Under the pieces are notes generated by a model. That model made no database searches. It had not been told where the DNA came from and saw nothing but the letters and a program-made list of their open reading frames with translations. The position numbers were made by a program, and so were the translations under genes. From NCBI GenBank assembly GCA_963847705.1, contig CAWKBC010000027.1, positions 832,001-896,000 on the forward strand: a DNA stretch of 64,000 nucleotides. Reading direction: 5' to 3'. Source of the stretch: an uncultured Pseudomonadota bacterium (GTDB lineage Bacteria > Myxococcota_A > Polyangia > Fen-1088). This document shows, in pieces, positions 63,613 to 64,000 of the stretch (position 1 is its first letter; each line of letters starts with the position of its first letter).

Positions 63613-64000
63613 ATGCCGGCGACAAACGCACATCAGAAGTTCTTCGAAATCATCAAGCCGGGCTCGAACTACGAGTTCATCGGCCGGCAGAAGTACTGGA
63701 TCGGTCTGTCCATCGTCCTGGTGACGCTGACGATCATCATGCTTCCGCTCAACGCCTACGTCTTCAAGTCGCGCGGGCACATGCTGAACTGGGGGGTCGA
63801 CTTCCGGGGCGGCAGCGAGATCGTCCTGGAGTTCTCCAAGCCGGTCGAGGCGGGCGAGATTCGCAAGACGCTGGCCGACGCCGGCTTCCCCGACGCCGAC
63901 GTGGTCAAGTACGCCGACCCGTCCGGGCTCAAGAAGTGGAACTACATGGTCCGCGTGGGCGCGGTCTCGGTGGTCTCCGAGCAGCAGGCCAAGCAGATCC
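63613..64000 (+). CDS. secF: Protein translocase subunit SecF (3' truncated)
   Basis: Follows secD; 'LNWGVDFRGG'. Confidence 0.93.
   Translation, partial: MPATNAHQKFFEIIKPGSNYEFIGRQKYWIGLSIVLVTLTIIMLPLNAYVFKSRGHMLNWGVDFRGGSEIVLEFSKPVEAGEIRKTLADAGFPDADVVKYADPSGLKKWNYMVRVGAVSVVSEQQAKQI

Overview
High-GC bacterial chromosome segment with Myxococcota-like gene content: a giant AgmK-like TPR protein, PilZ proteins and a secreted HEAT-repeat protein. Most of it is core housekeeping: purMN, accD-folC, glyA, trpEGDCFBA, ridA, a heterodimeric ABC exporter, era-der, yfgM/bamB-like genes, queA-tgt, tRNA-Met, efp-epmA and yajC-secDF. I saw no prophage, IS or CRISPR array. The main observations are: (1) an ~75-80 bp two-hairpin interspersed repeat (ATCGCG...TCGCG-GGGGG-ACCCTnnnAGGGT), 8 copies at 6 loci, with compensatory base changes. 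It brackets the tRNA and lies in-frame at the 5' ends of pgpA and bamB. (2) A five-gene operon (dehydrogenase, PIP-synthase-like transferase, GtrA, aminotransferase, PgpA) next to an MMPL gene, suggesting an amino-cyclitol or other novel phospholipid head-group pathway. (3) A ~1280-aa exported protein made of ~65 Pro-centred aromatic repeats. (4) Many apparently leaderless genes. (5) Eight inferred single-base insertions that break conserved genes; five are at GATC, pointing to long-read, methylation-linked errors rather than pseudogenes. All calls come from manual motif recognition; no database search was run.
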